A stretch of DNA of 64,000 nucleotides from Mobula hypostoma. Its lineage: Eukaryota. The stretch spans positions 35,962,001 to 36,026,000 of the forward strand of contig NC_086097.1 in NCBI RefSeq assembly GCF_963921235.1. The letters are read 5' to 3'. Within the stretch, counting starts at the first letter, position 1; every line of letters begins with the position of its first letter. The position numbers and the translations under genes were made by a program. The notes below the pieces were generated by a model that saw nothing but the letters and a program-made list of their open reading frames with translations, was not told the origin of the DNA and did no database searches. Below, in pieces: positions 11,893 through 24,400 of the stretch.

Positions 11893-12399
11893 TTTCCTAA
11901 TTGGTTCTTTTCTTCTAAAAATTGTGTATAAATTATGCCTATGATATTATTCTTGTGAATGCTACCACTATGATAGAATGTGTCTGTGATGAGACTGCAC
12001 GTAAGGTTTTCATTATACCTGTGCATACGTGTACTTGTGCATATGAGGCTAAACTCGACTTCGACAATACGCAATGGAAATCATAGGCCGGTCAGTGCTT
12101 GAAACATATCCCCTTATTGCTCAAAAGCCTGACCGGAAACATCTCCAGCTGCTGCTTTCCGCGTCTGAAACGTTAACTTTATTTCTCTTTTTTTTTCCTG
12201 CCGGGGCTGCTGAGAGTTTCCGGCACTTATTTGTGATTCTCAGTATCAGTAGTTACTACATTGCTTGATTTTTAAGGGTTCGCTCCTCGGAGAGACAGGC
12301 ACTTGATGGCAGTGTTGCGCAGTATTATTTTCTTCCGTTTCAGCTACTGAACTGTGAGCTCGAGTCCCCATCCACCAATTTGGATCAAAGAAATAGATT

Positions 12400-13400
12400 T
12401 TAACCTCATCACACAAGGTTTGCTGCTCGGACACCATTGGCGCACATTACCTGTCTTCCTGCACGCAGTGATCTTATTTTTTTAAATTTTGCTAATGGAG
12501 GTCTATTTTGTTTTGCTAACTAGCAGACATTTCTAGACTGCGTCCCTCGTTAGGGTAGGAGAGGAATTGTTGCAACTCACTCGGTACAGTTAACACCCCA
12601 GCGGAATGTTCATGCGAGGTGGGGGTTTAAATAAAATACTCGCTGCACCTACCGTCATGTCATTGTTTCCCTGCAGTTTTTTTTAAAATACATGCCAGGA
12701 AAATCTGGATATCAGCTATGCAAACTGCCTGAATTGTCTTTGGCGAGCTCCGCATCGGTGCACTCCCCGTACCGAGCCGTGGTCTCCCGAGCCACAAGAC
12801 TGCGAGCTCAGGAGCGGAAGAGCTTAAGCGAAGAGGTCGGGAGTTTGGACAGGCGGTATCGGCACCAGCCCTCTCCCACCGGAGTGCTCACCTTCCACCC
12901 CCAGTTCAGTAGCCAGTCGGAGATCCGGCCCACCGTGCACAGTGGTCAGTAAACATAGATTTACACTTTGGGAAAGGACACTTTGAAAGTTGAAATAAAA
13001 TGTATAATAACACACAGAGAGATAGGGGGAGTTCTGAAGCTACAATTATGGTCAACACGAACTAAAACAAATTTATTTTTCGAAAGCAAAACAAAAGACA
13101 GCGCTGTATTGTTCGTATTTTCTGGAAGAGGGAGCTCTTTACCCACCTTACCCAGCTCCGGAGCAGTTTCTCTGTCGCTGCGCACAATGGGTAAACGAAC
13201 TTCCATTCAAGCGCAGCGTTTCTTTTTCAAACTCCATCTCCACTTTCTGCCGAACCAATTCCACGAATCAAGAAAAGTACAAGCAAACAGCGAAACGCCT
13301 GTCCTGGCTACATCCATGGCTTAATTTAGCAGGTGCCTTTCTGCCTGACTGACATCACCTTCTATGAAGAACTGCTGCTCCGAAAACCAACACAATTACC
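12400..13400 (-). promoter_or_regulatory. CpG-enriched 5' region and first exon(s) of an unidentified minus-strand gene
   Basis: This unique CpG-enriched island sits between repeat blocks. It has several good minus-strand donors: CTGG|gtaagg (13151), AAG|gtgagc (12891), ACG|gtaggt (about 12652) and CAG|gtaatg (about 12450). ATGs at 13206 and 13237 are open to the 13151 donor. Confidence 0.45.
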
Positions 13401-14189
13401 AGTAAGTTTTTCGACGGAGCTGGTGCTCAGCTAGAAAGCTACATTCACTGCCACGCATAATGTAACCTAATGTACCTTACGTCCTCTTCTATCATTATAC
13501 CAACACTTTCACTTTCCCGGCACATTCCTCGCTGTCCTTTACAGCTCAAAGGCCGGTAACTGAAACTGGGAAATGTAGTTGATTTCCGAAACCCCTTTCC
13601 CCCAGATGAGAGTGATTTGAATCCAAGTGTGCATTCAGACAACGAAAGTAATCGATGAACAGGGAGGAAACTGTTGTATCATAGAAACGAGTGCTCAAAG
13701 GCTAATGTGAATCTGAGAAAATCTATGAACCAGAGCCTCAAATAAGTCTCACCCTGCTAGGCTTGTAGTCCATTTGCAGTTGTGCTGTTTTATGGAGAGC
13801 TCACCCTACTTGTTAATAATCACCTCCTTTATAAACACTTCTGCCTTAACAAATATCACATTGCTGGTTCGGCATCTATAACTTTTATCAATTCTGTTTT
13901 GCTCGTCAATCTCCCATCAGAATTCTCAATGACTACCTCACCAGATCTGAATTCTTCGCTTCTCATTATGCTGCAGAGATATTTATCAACCCTGCATTGA
14001 CATCTTGCATTCACATTCCCACAAAATTTAACTCAGCCACACAATTTTATTTTCCAACAATTAACAATTCCTGCTCTGTTCTAATCTGTTCAGCATCCCA
14101 TCCAGCCTTGGAGGAAGGGAGTCCAGCTAAAGCACAGGCCTGTGGGAGCCACAAATAAGGGTGCTGTGATCTTTTGGGTACTTCTATAG

Positions 14190-14470
14190 TGAGTTGGGCA
14201 AGGTGTAGCCCTGCTTAATACTACCCCCCCCTCCCCAATCAGGGTCACGTAAAACCATGGGAGCAGGTGGTTGTATGAGCATATCACATCCACTGACTCC
14301 TGGCAGACAATCTCTGAAGAGTATTGATCATGGCTGGGGTCATCTGTCTTGGAAAAACACTGCCCAAGAAGAAGGCAATGGCAAACCACTTCTGTAGAAA
14401 AATTTGCCAAGAACAATCATGGTCACCATGATCGCCCATGTCATACGACACAGCACATGATGATGATATG
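14190..14470 (+). mobile_element. RTE-related non-autonomous retroposon, copy 2, with an (ATG)n tail
   Basis: It carries the agaaggcaatggcaaaccact motif and a tgatgatgat tail, and is homologous to 5510-5950. Confidence 0.6.
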
Positions 14471-14659
14471 AGTAGGTAAGCCATGCATCACACCTGGAAT
14501 TGCTTCTTGCAGCAATGTGCTCCTAATTGTCAGACTTCTCATGGGAGGCACCGCCCATCTACTGCTGAACCCACTTTCACTCATTGGATCTGAATTTGTT
14601 TTTTCCCACTTCTACCATAGCCTGCTTAGTTATCTTTATTTCCATATTTCAGGTGCACT

Positions 14660-17320
14660 GGAGACCGTCAAGGTGTCACCACCCACCCAGGCAGTATCCA
14701 GTGCACCTGAATCCACAATCACGGCTATGGATGTAAGACCAGTCTGCTAGAGGGTGAACCCACAGAAGGCATCCGGCCTGGCTGTGTCCTTAGCTCCTGT
14801 GTGGATCACCTGGCAGTGGTATTGGCAGACACTTGTAACCTCTTACATCTGCTACAGGCAGTGGCTCCCTGCTGCTTTAAGAACACCACTGTCAACCCGG
14901 TACACAAGGAAAACAAGAAAACCACGACCACACAGTGGCAACATCTACCGTCACGAGGTGGTTAAAGAGGCTGATCATGGCATGGATCAGCTTTCCAGAC
15001 CACTTGAACCCACTGCAATTTGCCTACCTCTCGACCTGGCCCTAACACTCATCCCTGGAGCATCTGGACAATAAAGATGCCTACATCAGACTATTGTTTA
15101 TTGACTACAGTTCTGCCTTTAATATCATTATTCCAAGCAAACTCATCACCAGACTCTGGACCCTGGGCATCAACGCCTCCTCTGCAGCTTTGATTTCCTG
15201 ACTAACGGACCACAATCAGAAAGGGTAGCTAGCCAGATTATTCTAACAGTTGTGCTGCACAAAGTTCTGCGCTGAGCTCCACTCAACTCCCTGTACGTAC
15301 ATGACCGCTCTAACTCCGTGATACCACAGCGGTGGGCCGCATCTCAGATAACAAAGCGGAATATAGGAAGGCTGAGTGACATGGTCTCATGTCAACAACC
15401 TTCCCTTTAATGTCAGCAAAACAAAAGAGCAGGTCATTGACTTCAGAAAGAGGGATAGTGCATATGCTCCTATCTACATCAGCAGTGTTGAGGTTAAGAG
15501 TTTCAAGTTGTTAGGTGTGAACATCACCATGGATCCAACCATCTGACTATCATGGCTAAGAAAACTCACTAGCACGTCCAGTTTATCAGGGGGCTAAAGG
15601 AATTTGGCATGACCCGGTCGGCCCTTACCATTCTGTCTGGATGCATAATGATTGATATGCAACTGCTCTTCACATAAATACAAGAACCGTCTACCTGCTG
15701 ATCTGTGTCTATGCCCACCTGGACAAGCCAGCGAGCACTGTGAGGGTCATGTTTTTTGACTTCTCCAGTGCGTTCAACACCATCCGCCCTGCTCTGCTGG
15801 GGGAGAAGCTGACAGCGATGCAGGTGGATGCTTCCCTGGTATCATGGATTCTTGATTACCTGACTGGCAGACCACAGTACGTGTGTTTGCAACACTGTGT
15901 GTCCGACAGAGTGATCAGCAGCACTGGGGCTCCACAGGGGACTGTCTTGTCTCCCTTTCTCTTCACCATTTACACATCGGACTTCAACTACTGCACAGAG
16001 TCTTGTCATCTTCAGAAGTTTTCGGATGACTCTGCCATAGATGGATGCATCAGCAAGGGAGATGAGGTCGAGTACAGGGCTACGGTAGGAAACTTTGTCA
16101 CATGGTGTGAGCAGAATTATCTGCAGCTTAATGTGAAAAAGTCTAAGGAGCTGGTGGTAGACCTGAGGAGGGCTAAGGTACCGGTGACCCCTGTTTCCAT
16201 CCAGGGGGTCAGTGTGGACATGGTGGAGGATTACAAATACCTGGGGATATGAATTGACAATAAACTGGACTGGTCAAAGAACACTGAGGCTGTCTACAAG
16301 AAGGGTCACAGCCGTCTCTATTTCCTGAGGAGACTGAGGTCCTTTAACATCTGCCGGACGATGCTGAGGATGTTCTACAAGTCTGTGGTGGCCAGTGCTA
16401 TCATGTTTGCTGTCATGTGCTGGGGCAGCAGGCTGAGGGTAGCAGACACCAACAGAATCAACAAACTCATTTGTAAGGCCAGTGATGTTGTGGGGATGGA
16501 GCTGGACTCTCTCACGGTGGTGTCTAAAAAGAGGATGCTGTCTAAGTTACATGCCACCTTGGACAATGTCTCCCATCCACTACATAATGGACTGGTTGGG
16601 CACAGGAGTACATTCAGCCAGAGACTCATTCCACCGAGATGCAGCACAGAGCGTCATAGGAAGTCATTCCTGCCTGTAGCCATCAAACTTTACAACTCCT
16701 CCCTTGGAGGGTCAGACATCCTGAACCAATAGGCTGGTCCTGGACTTATTTCATAATTTACTGGCATAATTTACATATTACTATTTAACTATTTATGATT
16801 CTATTACTATTTATTATTTATGGTGCAACTGTAACGAAAACCAGTTTCCCCCGGGATCAATAAAGTATGACTATGACTATGACTACTATGAAACTACAGA
16901 GAATTGAGGACACAGCTCAGCATGTTATGGAAACCAGCCCCTCCTCGATAGACTTGTTGCCCCAGTAAAGCAGCCAACATAATTAAAGACCCAATCCATC
17001 CTGGACGTTCTCTCTTCTTCCCTCTCCCAGCGGACAAAAGATACAGAAGCCTGAAAACATATAGCACCAGGTTCAGCTTCTAGCACAATTATTAAACTCT
17101 TGAATGCTCTTCGAGTATGGTAAGATAGATTCCTGGCCTCAATTTGCCTCGATGTGATCTCACACTTTATCGTCTACCTGCACTGCATGTTTTTTGGTAG
17201 CTTTTGCACTTTATTCTGCATTGTAATTGTTTTACGTTATTCTAGCTCAATGCACTGTGTAAAAATGTAATCTGTATAATCTGCTTGTAAGACAAGCTAT
17301 TTAATGTCTCTTGCTACAAT
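14660..17320 (+). mobile_element. Old Rex1/Babar LINE (host of the 15688-16888 insertion)
   Basis: Decayed RT motifs include [35 protein letters not shown] and IIKDP. Confidence 0.75.
15688..16888 (+). mobile_element. Young 5'-truncated Rex1/Babar LINE with an (ATGACT)n tail
   Basis: The RT C-terminal half is nearly intact (FFDFSSAFNTIRP, GAPQGTVLSP, KFSDD, YKYLG) with a single in-frame TGA at about 16250. Confidence 0.9.
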
Positions 17321-19805
17321 ATATGATGCATACATCAGGATGCTCTTTATCGATTACAGCTCAGCATTCAATACCATCATCCCCTCAAAACTAGTCAATA
17401 AGCTTCAGTACTTTGGCTTCAATGTCTCCTTGTGCAAATGGATCCTCAGTTTCCTCATTTGCAGACTCCAGTTAGTTCAGATTGGCAACAACATCTCCTC
17501 CACATTCTCCACCAGCACAGATGCACCACAAGGCTGCGTGCTTAGCCCCCTGCTCTACTCACTTTATACTTATGACTGAGAGGCTAAGCACAGCTTTAAA
17601 GTCATATCTAAGTTTGCTGATGACACCACTATTGTGGCCAAAATCGAAGGTGGTGACGAACCAGCATATAGGAGGGAAATTGCATGCTTGAACGATTGGC
17701 ACCCTGTCGCACTCACCTGAATTATAAGCCAATGCTTTGAGAGGCTGGTTGAAGACTACATCTGCAGCATGCTACCGCCCACACTGGACCCCCTACAATT
17801 CACCTACCAACGGAACCTGTCTACCAATGACGCCATAGCCACAGCACTACATCCCATCCTCACCCACCTGGAGAAGAGGGAGGCATACTTTGGAGTGCTG
17901 CTGCTGGACTGCAGTTCAGTATTCAACAGTATAATCCCTCCAAACTTGACAGGAAGCTCAGAGACCATGCCTTATGCAGCTGGTTCCCAGACTTCCTATC
18001 GGATCACTGACAGGAAGTAAGGATGGGCTCCCTCACCTCTACCCCTCTGACCCTCAACACAGGTGCCCCCCGGGGTTGTGTCCTGAGTCCCCTTCTCCAC
18101 TCCCTTTACACCCACCACTGTGCCTGTCCCACATAGCTCCAAGCTGCTGATCAAATTCGCAGTTGACAAAACATTGATTGGCCTTATTTCTAGCAGTGAT
18201 GATACAGCCTACAGAGGAGAGCGGTGTCAAGATAACAAGCTGTCCCTCAATATCCAAAAAACAAGAGCTGATGGTGGATTACAGGAGGAACGGAGGCAGG
18301 CTTACCCCAATCAGCATCAATGGGTCTGCAGTTGAGAGGGTGAGTAGTTTCAAGTTCCTCGGTATGCACATCACCGTTGATCTCACCTGGACTGTACACA
18401 CCAGATGTGTGGCAAGAAAAGCACAACAGCGTCTCTTCCACCTCAAGCAACTGAGGAAGTTTGGCATGAGCCCCCAAATCCTCAATACCTTCTATAGGGG
18501 CACTATTGAGAGCACCCTGTCTGGCTGTATCACCCCCGCTACGGGAATTGCACCAACCATGACCGCTGGGCACTGCAGAGAGTGGTACGGACACCCCAGT
18601 GCATCTGTGGATGTGAACTTCCCGCCACTGAGGACATTTACAGCAGCAGGTGCAGAAAGAAAGCCTGGAAGATATTCGGGGACACCAGTCACCCCAATCA
18701 TAAACTGTTTCAGCTGCTTCCATCTGGCAAACGGCACCCCAGCATCAAAGCCAGGACCAACAGGCTATGGGACAGTTTCCTTCTACAAGCTATTTGACTT
18801 ATAAATTCACATGTCTGTGTATTGTGACACAGTCATAATGCAGAGACTTTTACGCCCTCACATTGTGGGATAGATGTAAGATTTAAATAAATTCAAATTT
18901 TTGAATATCTGGCTGAGTGGAGCCACAACAACAATCTACTACTCAATGTCAGCAAGACCAAGGAGCTGGTTATTGACTTCAGGAGAAGAAAACCAGAGGT
19001 CCATGAGCCAGTCCTCACTGGGGGAAATCAGAGGTGGAGAGGTTAGCAAATTTAAATTCCCTGGTTTTATCATTTCACGACATCTGTCCTGGGCCAGGCA
19101 CATAAATATAATTATGAAGAAAGCACGACAGTGCCTCTACTTCCTTAAAAGTTTGTGAAGATTTGGCAAGTCATCTAAAACTTTGACAAACTTCTATAGA
19201 TGTGTGGTGGAGAGTATATTAACTGCTTGTATCGTGGCCTCATATGGGAACACCAATGCCCTTGAATGGAAAAGTCTACAAAAGTAGTAGATACAGCCCA
19301 GTCCATCACGGGTAGAGCCCTCCCCAACACTGAGCACATCTACACAAAGTGCTGTCCCAGGATGGCAGCTTCCATCATCAAGGACTTACACATCCAGGCC
19401 ATGCTCTCTTTTTGCTGCTTCCATCAAGAAGAAGGTACCTTAGGTCCCACACCAATAGATTCAGGAACAGTTATTACCCCTCAACCATCAGGCCCCAAAA
19501 CCAATGGGGATAACACTCGCCCCATCTCTGAACTGTTTCCACAGACTATGGAGTCACTTTTATGAACTCTTCATCTCATGTTCTTGATACTTATTGCTTA
19601 TTTATTTATTATTATTTCTTCTTTTTATTTTCTGTTTGCAGATTTTGTTGTCTTTCGTACATTGGTTGTTTGTCCATCCTGTTCGGTACAGTCTTCCACT
19701 GATTCTGTTATGTTTCTTGGATTTATTGAGTATGCCCACAAGAAAACGAATCTGAGGGTTGTATATGTACTTTGATAATAAATTTACTTTGAACTTTGAA
19801 CTTGT
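17320..19805 (+). mobile_element. Rex1/Babar LINE (about 17320-17682 and 18900-19805) with a second Rex1-family copy nested at about 17683-18900
   Basis: Two successive sets of RT motifs are present ([12 protein letters not shown] / [20 protein letters not shown]). The host sequence ggaaattg|aatatctggctgagtgg is split by the inner copy, and the tail is (ttgaac)n. Confidence 0.8.
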
Positions 19806-20386
19806 GACAGTAAAATGCCAATCCCAATTTCTCTAATCTCTTTCCAGAGTGTAAACTGTTGTTCAAATAAACATTTATTACAACGAAGTATTCCACCTGA
19901 GCTCTTAATCATCAAGGTTAACAAAGGTCAAGGGAGATATGTGGTTCTGCAGTATTGACATTGAACAAAAATATATTTTAATTTGTTTCTGATGTTACAA
20001 GGTTACAATAAAGAACATGGCATTGAACATTAAATACTATGATTAACCCAGGATAATTATTTCTTCCCAAAGAGGATTTACAATATGTGAAAATTTTTTT
20101 TAAAAATCAAAAGATATCAATGAAACATAGCTTAAATATGCCACTGTGCATATTCTATATAAATAATGACGAATTCTGAACACATTATGGCACATTAGCT
20201 TTACAAAAGTACTAAACATCACCATATCTGAGGAGAATATGCATTGCAGACTATGCACCGTTGGTTACAATGAGCACAGTGGTGATATTAAACACTTACA
20301 GAAAGTTTTCCGTGGTGAGATTTTATTCAGCACTTAACCTGGTAGTGCGTGCAACACGGGTTAGCAATATCGGTTTTAACATGTAG

Positions 20387-20400
20387 CCAGCAGAGGGAGC
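20387..20400 (+). promoter_or_regulatory. Candidate CTCF-binding site
   Basis: CCAGCAGAGGGAGC has one mismatch to CCASYAGRKGGCRS and lies in unique intergenic sequence. Confidence 0.45.
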
Positions 20401-21137
20401 TCTAGCACCTTATGTCATCTGAAAATCAAACACTGCTTATGAGTTAAATTGCTTTTACATTCTGTGTTTGTTATGTTAACATATTCTGAAGAAAATGGTT
20501 TATTTTGGCTGTTTAAAATATTTATGTCAAGAACAAGTGCTCTCATGTCCAGCTGACAATTGCAAACTGGTTGAGTTTGGTGAAGTGTTAAAAGATAAGA
20601 AACCGGATGACCTTTGCATGGCAAACTGTAGAAAACAATTGTTTAATTAATTTCATTTCTCATTCTCTCATCCTATTCCAACAGCAGACACTTTAGCTTT
20701 CCATCATGCCCAGTCGCTACACATTCCCTCCAGAATATGGCCTTTGATTGTCAATTGACATAGACTTGTGCACAATATTAACTCTCATCCCCATTCTTAA
20801 TGGATGATGACTATTAAGAGTTTATAAAGGGTATATCCAGTACGACACCTCAAGGTAAACCATATTAGTGACAAGAAAGTGTAGGGTTGAAATTCAAATA
20901 AGCCATTTCCTGTTTGCTCGCTACAGTGTGATAAAGGCCAATATATTACAATTACTACTCCAGCACAGAATCTGGATTAGAGACGATTACAGGACAAAAA
21001 TAAATATTTGGCCAATTTTCCCTGTGCCAGCAGGAATTACCCAAACAAATGCCTTTGCCGTACCCTATTGCTACAACTGTTATCCTCCTTTATTCTAACC
21101 GTTTATTAAGCTTTGTTTTAAATATTCTAAACACAAG

Positions 21138-21452
21138 TGTGTTTCCCAGGGCTAAAATGGCTGCCACAAGAGGACACAGGTTTAAGGTGCTGGGGAGTAA
21201 GTACAGAGGAAATGTCAGGGGTAAGTTTTTTTACTCAGAGAGTGGTGAGTGCGTGGAATGGGCTGCCGGCAACGGTAGTGGAGGTGGGAATGATAGGGTC
21301 TTTTAAGAGACTTTTGGATAGGTACATGGAGCTTAGAAAAATAGAGCTACGGGTAAGCCTAGTCATTTCTAAGGTAGGAACATGTTCGGCACAACTTTGT
21401 GGGCCGAAGGGCCTGTATTGTGCTGTAGGTTTTCTATGTTTCTGTGTTTCTA
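21138..21452 (+). mobile_element. CR1 LINE 3' end
   Basis: It encodes TRGHRFKV...FFTQRVVSAWNGLP and ends in a (TTTCTATG)n tail. Confidence 0.85.
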
Positions 21453-24400
21453 CTAAGAGATTCTGGAAATCCAGAGTAACACACACAAAATGCTGGAGGA
21501 ACTCAGCAGGTCAGGTAGCATCTAAGGAGAGGAATAAAGAGTTGATGTTTTGGGTCAAAACCCTTCATTAGGACTCCTTTTAAATATTCTGTTATCTTTA
21601 CCTCAGTTATGTCCTTGAGATAAATAATCTAGGTTTCAATGGCAAAAGAAAACTTCACCCTTTACTCATAATAATTTTAAGTTGATGTTCAATTGCAGTT
21701 GATTCACCAGTTAAATAGCCTTATCCTACCCAATAGCTTTTTCAAACAGTTAGCAATTTCAATGTTAAATCCTCAAAACCCCTCTGTAATGGTTCCCTAT
21801 ACTGGTATTATCTTGCTGAGGTTACTCTGTACACCCTACATTATTAACTCAGTTTAACAAAGGCAACATCTCTCCACTGCACTGTCCTGTGCAATTTCAG
21901 TGTCACATGGATTGAAATTATGGCAACCATTAGAAAGCCAATATTAAGAAATTTCAACATTTTTTAGATAGTTTGTCTATTGTGAAAAGAATAAGTAACA
22001 TTGGAGAGCAGTGAATTCAATCAAACATCAATATAATGCTAGGACCATATCACCAACTTACCAGCGTGCAATACCATCTGATACCAACAGTACTTTGGTG
22101 CAATGATAATAAATGGGACAACACAACTGTAACCCACAGCTAACTTTGTGACTGGAGCTTTGAGGGGAAAAAAACACTTTAGATGATGTTAGTGCGATAG
22201 TTATTATGTAGGAGTGTCAAAGGCTGATAAAATACATAAAATCATGAGAGGCATAGATAGAGTCGACAGTCAGACCTTTTTCCTCAGGGTGGAAATGTCA
22301 CATACAAAAAGGCATAGATTTAAAGCATTTGGGGGGGCGGGGGTGGAATGTACAGAGATTGGCAGGGCAATTTCGTTTTACACATAGATGCCTGGAACCT
22401 GCTAACCAGTGGAGGTGGTGGAAGCTGATACAACAGCAACATTTAAGAAAGGTTAAACAGGCATATGAATGGACAGGGAGGGAGGGTGAAGGGATGTAGA
22501 TATTGTAGGGGATATAGTTTAAATTGGCATCAATGATCAGCAGTGTATTTGTTCCTATGCAGTTCTATGTTCTGTTCCTGTTCTAAAACAATGTAACCAG
22601 ATTTCCAATGAGTATCCAAATGGTCCCATACAGTTCTCAGGGCTGAACCATATTCAGTATCAGACTCTTCAAATGGAAGCAGCTAGCTGAGTTGACTAGG
22701 ATTATCAAGACATTCTTAAACTAAGGCCAGTTTCTTGACACAAGACCCTCCCTTTACATCTGAATTTTTTTTCACTGTGGTTTTATAATTGGCAAAACAG
22801 CTTGATCTTGATGGTAAAGTAGCATCTGGCCCCCATTTCGGGTGAACAGACCACTTGTCAGGTAGAGTACCACCTAAATAGTTCCATGGGCTATGCTTTG
22901 ATTTAGAGGGGCGTGGGCCACATGCGGGCAAATGGGACTTGCTTGGCGGGCACCTTGGTCAGCATGGACAAGTTGGGCTGAAGGGCAAGTTTCCATGCCG
23001 TGTTGCTCTATGAGTTTTACCATCAACGTAACGATCAAACTGAAACCCACTCTCCCCATTTCCAACTTGTGAATGCCAGCATTTCAGGTGCAAAGCTTAA
23101 GAGCTGTGAGTTACTTTCTTTCTCTCTAGCTCCAAAATGTCAAACTGGTTTACTTTCAATTAATTTAACTTCATACAGCCTTTGGCCTACCACTTCCATG
23201 GCAACCATTTTGCCTATCTGCACAAACCCATTTGCCCCAATAGGGATGGTATCCTTCAATGCCTTGCCTATTTGTATCAATACCTCTTAAACACAGTAAT
23301 TGTAAGTGATTCCACTACCGACTACATCAGCATACTCGAGTTATTAAACAATCTGTGTAAACAAAAAACTTGCCCACGATGTTAATCTTGTTTTTTTCAT
23401 TACAAGGAATCTGATTACATGAAATTCATTTAAACAAACTTCAGCTAATTTTGATGACATACTAAAACCATGATGGCATTCCAACTAAAATACATCATTC
23501 TCATAAAGTGCTTTGAGGCATCCTGAAGTCATGCGAGATGGTATCTAAATATAATTTTCATTTTATATTTCAAATGCACTAAGGGAGAGGGAGGAACTGA
23601 ATGACCTTTGTGTCATTTAGCTGAATGCTGGTGCGACTAGCCAATGTCCTTTGTGATGCTGTTCTGCAGTGATGTCAAGTTCATGACCGAAACAAGGATA
23701 GCCTGACAAGAACCCATTTCCAGGGGTCCATACATCCAGCATTTCAGGTGCTGTAGCAACTTTAGCAAGGGGATATAAGGACAAAAAAATCAAAAGCAGC
23801 ACACAAAAAATGCTGGAGGAACTCAGTGGATCAGGCTGCATCTACAGAAAAGAGTAAACGGTCGATGTTTCGGGCTGAGACCCTTCTTCATGACTGAAAG
23901 GGAAGGGATGAGATGCAGCCAACTTATCACTCTAGATTGCTATTCATTTCTCGCTGCTCCAAAATTAGCCAGGGCTGAAACCAGGGCAGTTTTCCATACC
24001 CGTCAATGTTCTCTGTCCACTCTCACAGACAAGGAAGTGGGGAGAATACTAGATAGCCAACAGCAACGCAGAAGTCACATCATTCTGAATATTTAGAAGA
24101 GGACAGGAAAGGAAAATGTAGAAAGGTACAAAACAAAGCTTTAGTAGCATGGGCCAGCTGCAAAACGTAAAACTTTCCAAAAGGCAAACCCCATGTGGAA
24201 ATCCTGTTCTAGTTCTGCCTGGCTGGTAATCAGCTCAGGCTGGGAGTGCTAATTATAAAATTGTTCATTCACAGCCTCATGCACTCCTGAAGTGAGCCCA
24301 GTAACCATGAAATGGAATTGTCAGCCACAGCACCCGGCAAGCTGAAGTGCAAAGAAACAGTGCCAGGAACTAAAGTCACTGGCAGTTTAAACTCGGGCTC

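Larger units (their letters stand above)
5990..12065 (+). mobile_element. Old Rex1/Babar-type LINE split by Penelope and Gypsy insertions (pieces at about 5990-6869, 7525-7782 and 11663-12065)
   Basis: Decayed RT remnants (ctcaatgtcagcaaaacgaaagag; IIKDPHHPGH-like at 7670-7705) continue across the inserts. The 3' end reads taaactcgacttcgac. Confidence 0.65.

Noticed and set aside
12892..12910. LGVEG| resembling the SYT14 first exon MAIEG|
   Set aside because: The match is too short and has no ATG at the equivalent position. It is also on the wrong side of SERTAD4 relative to human gene order.
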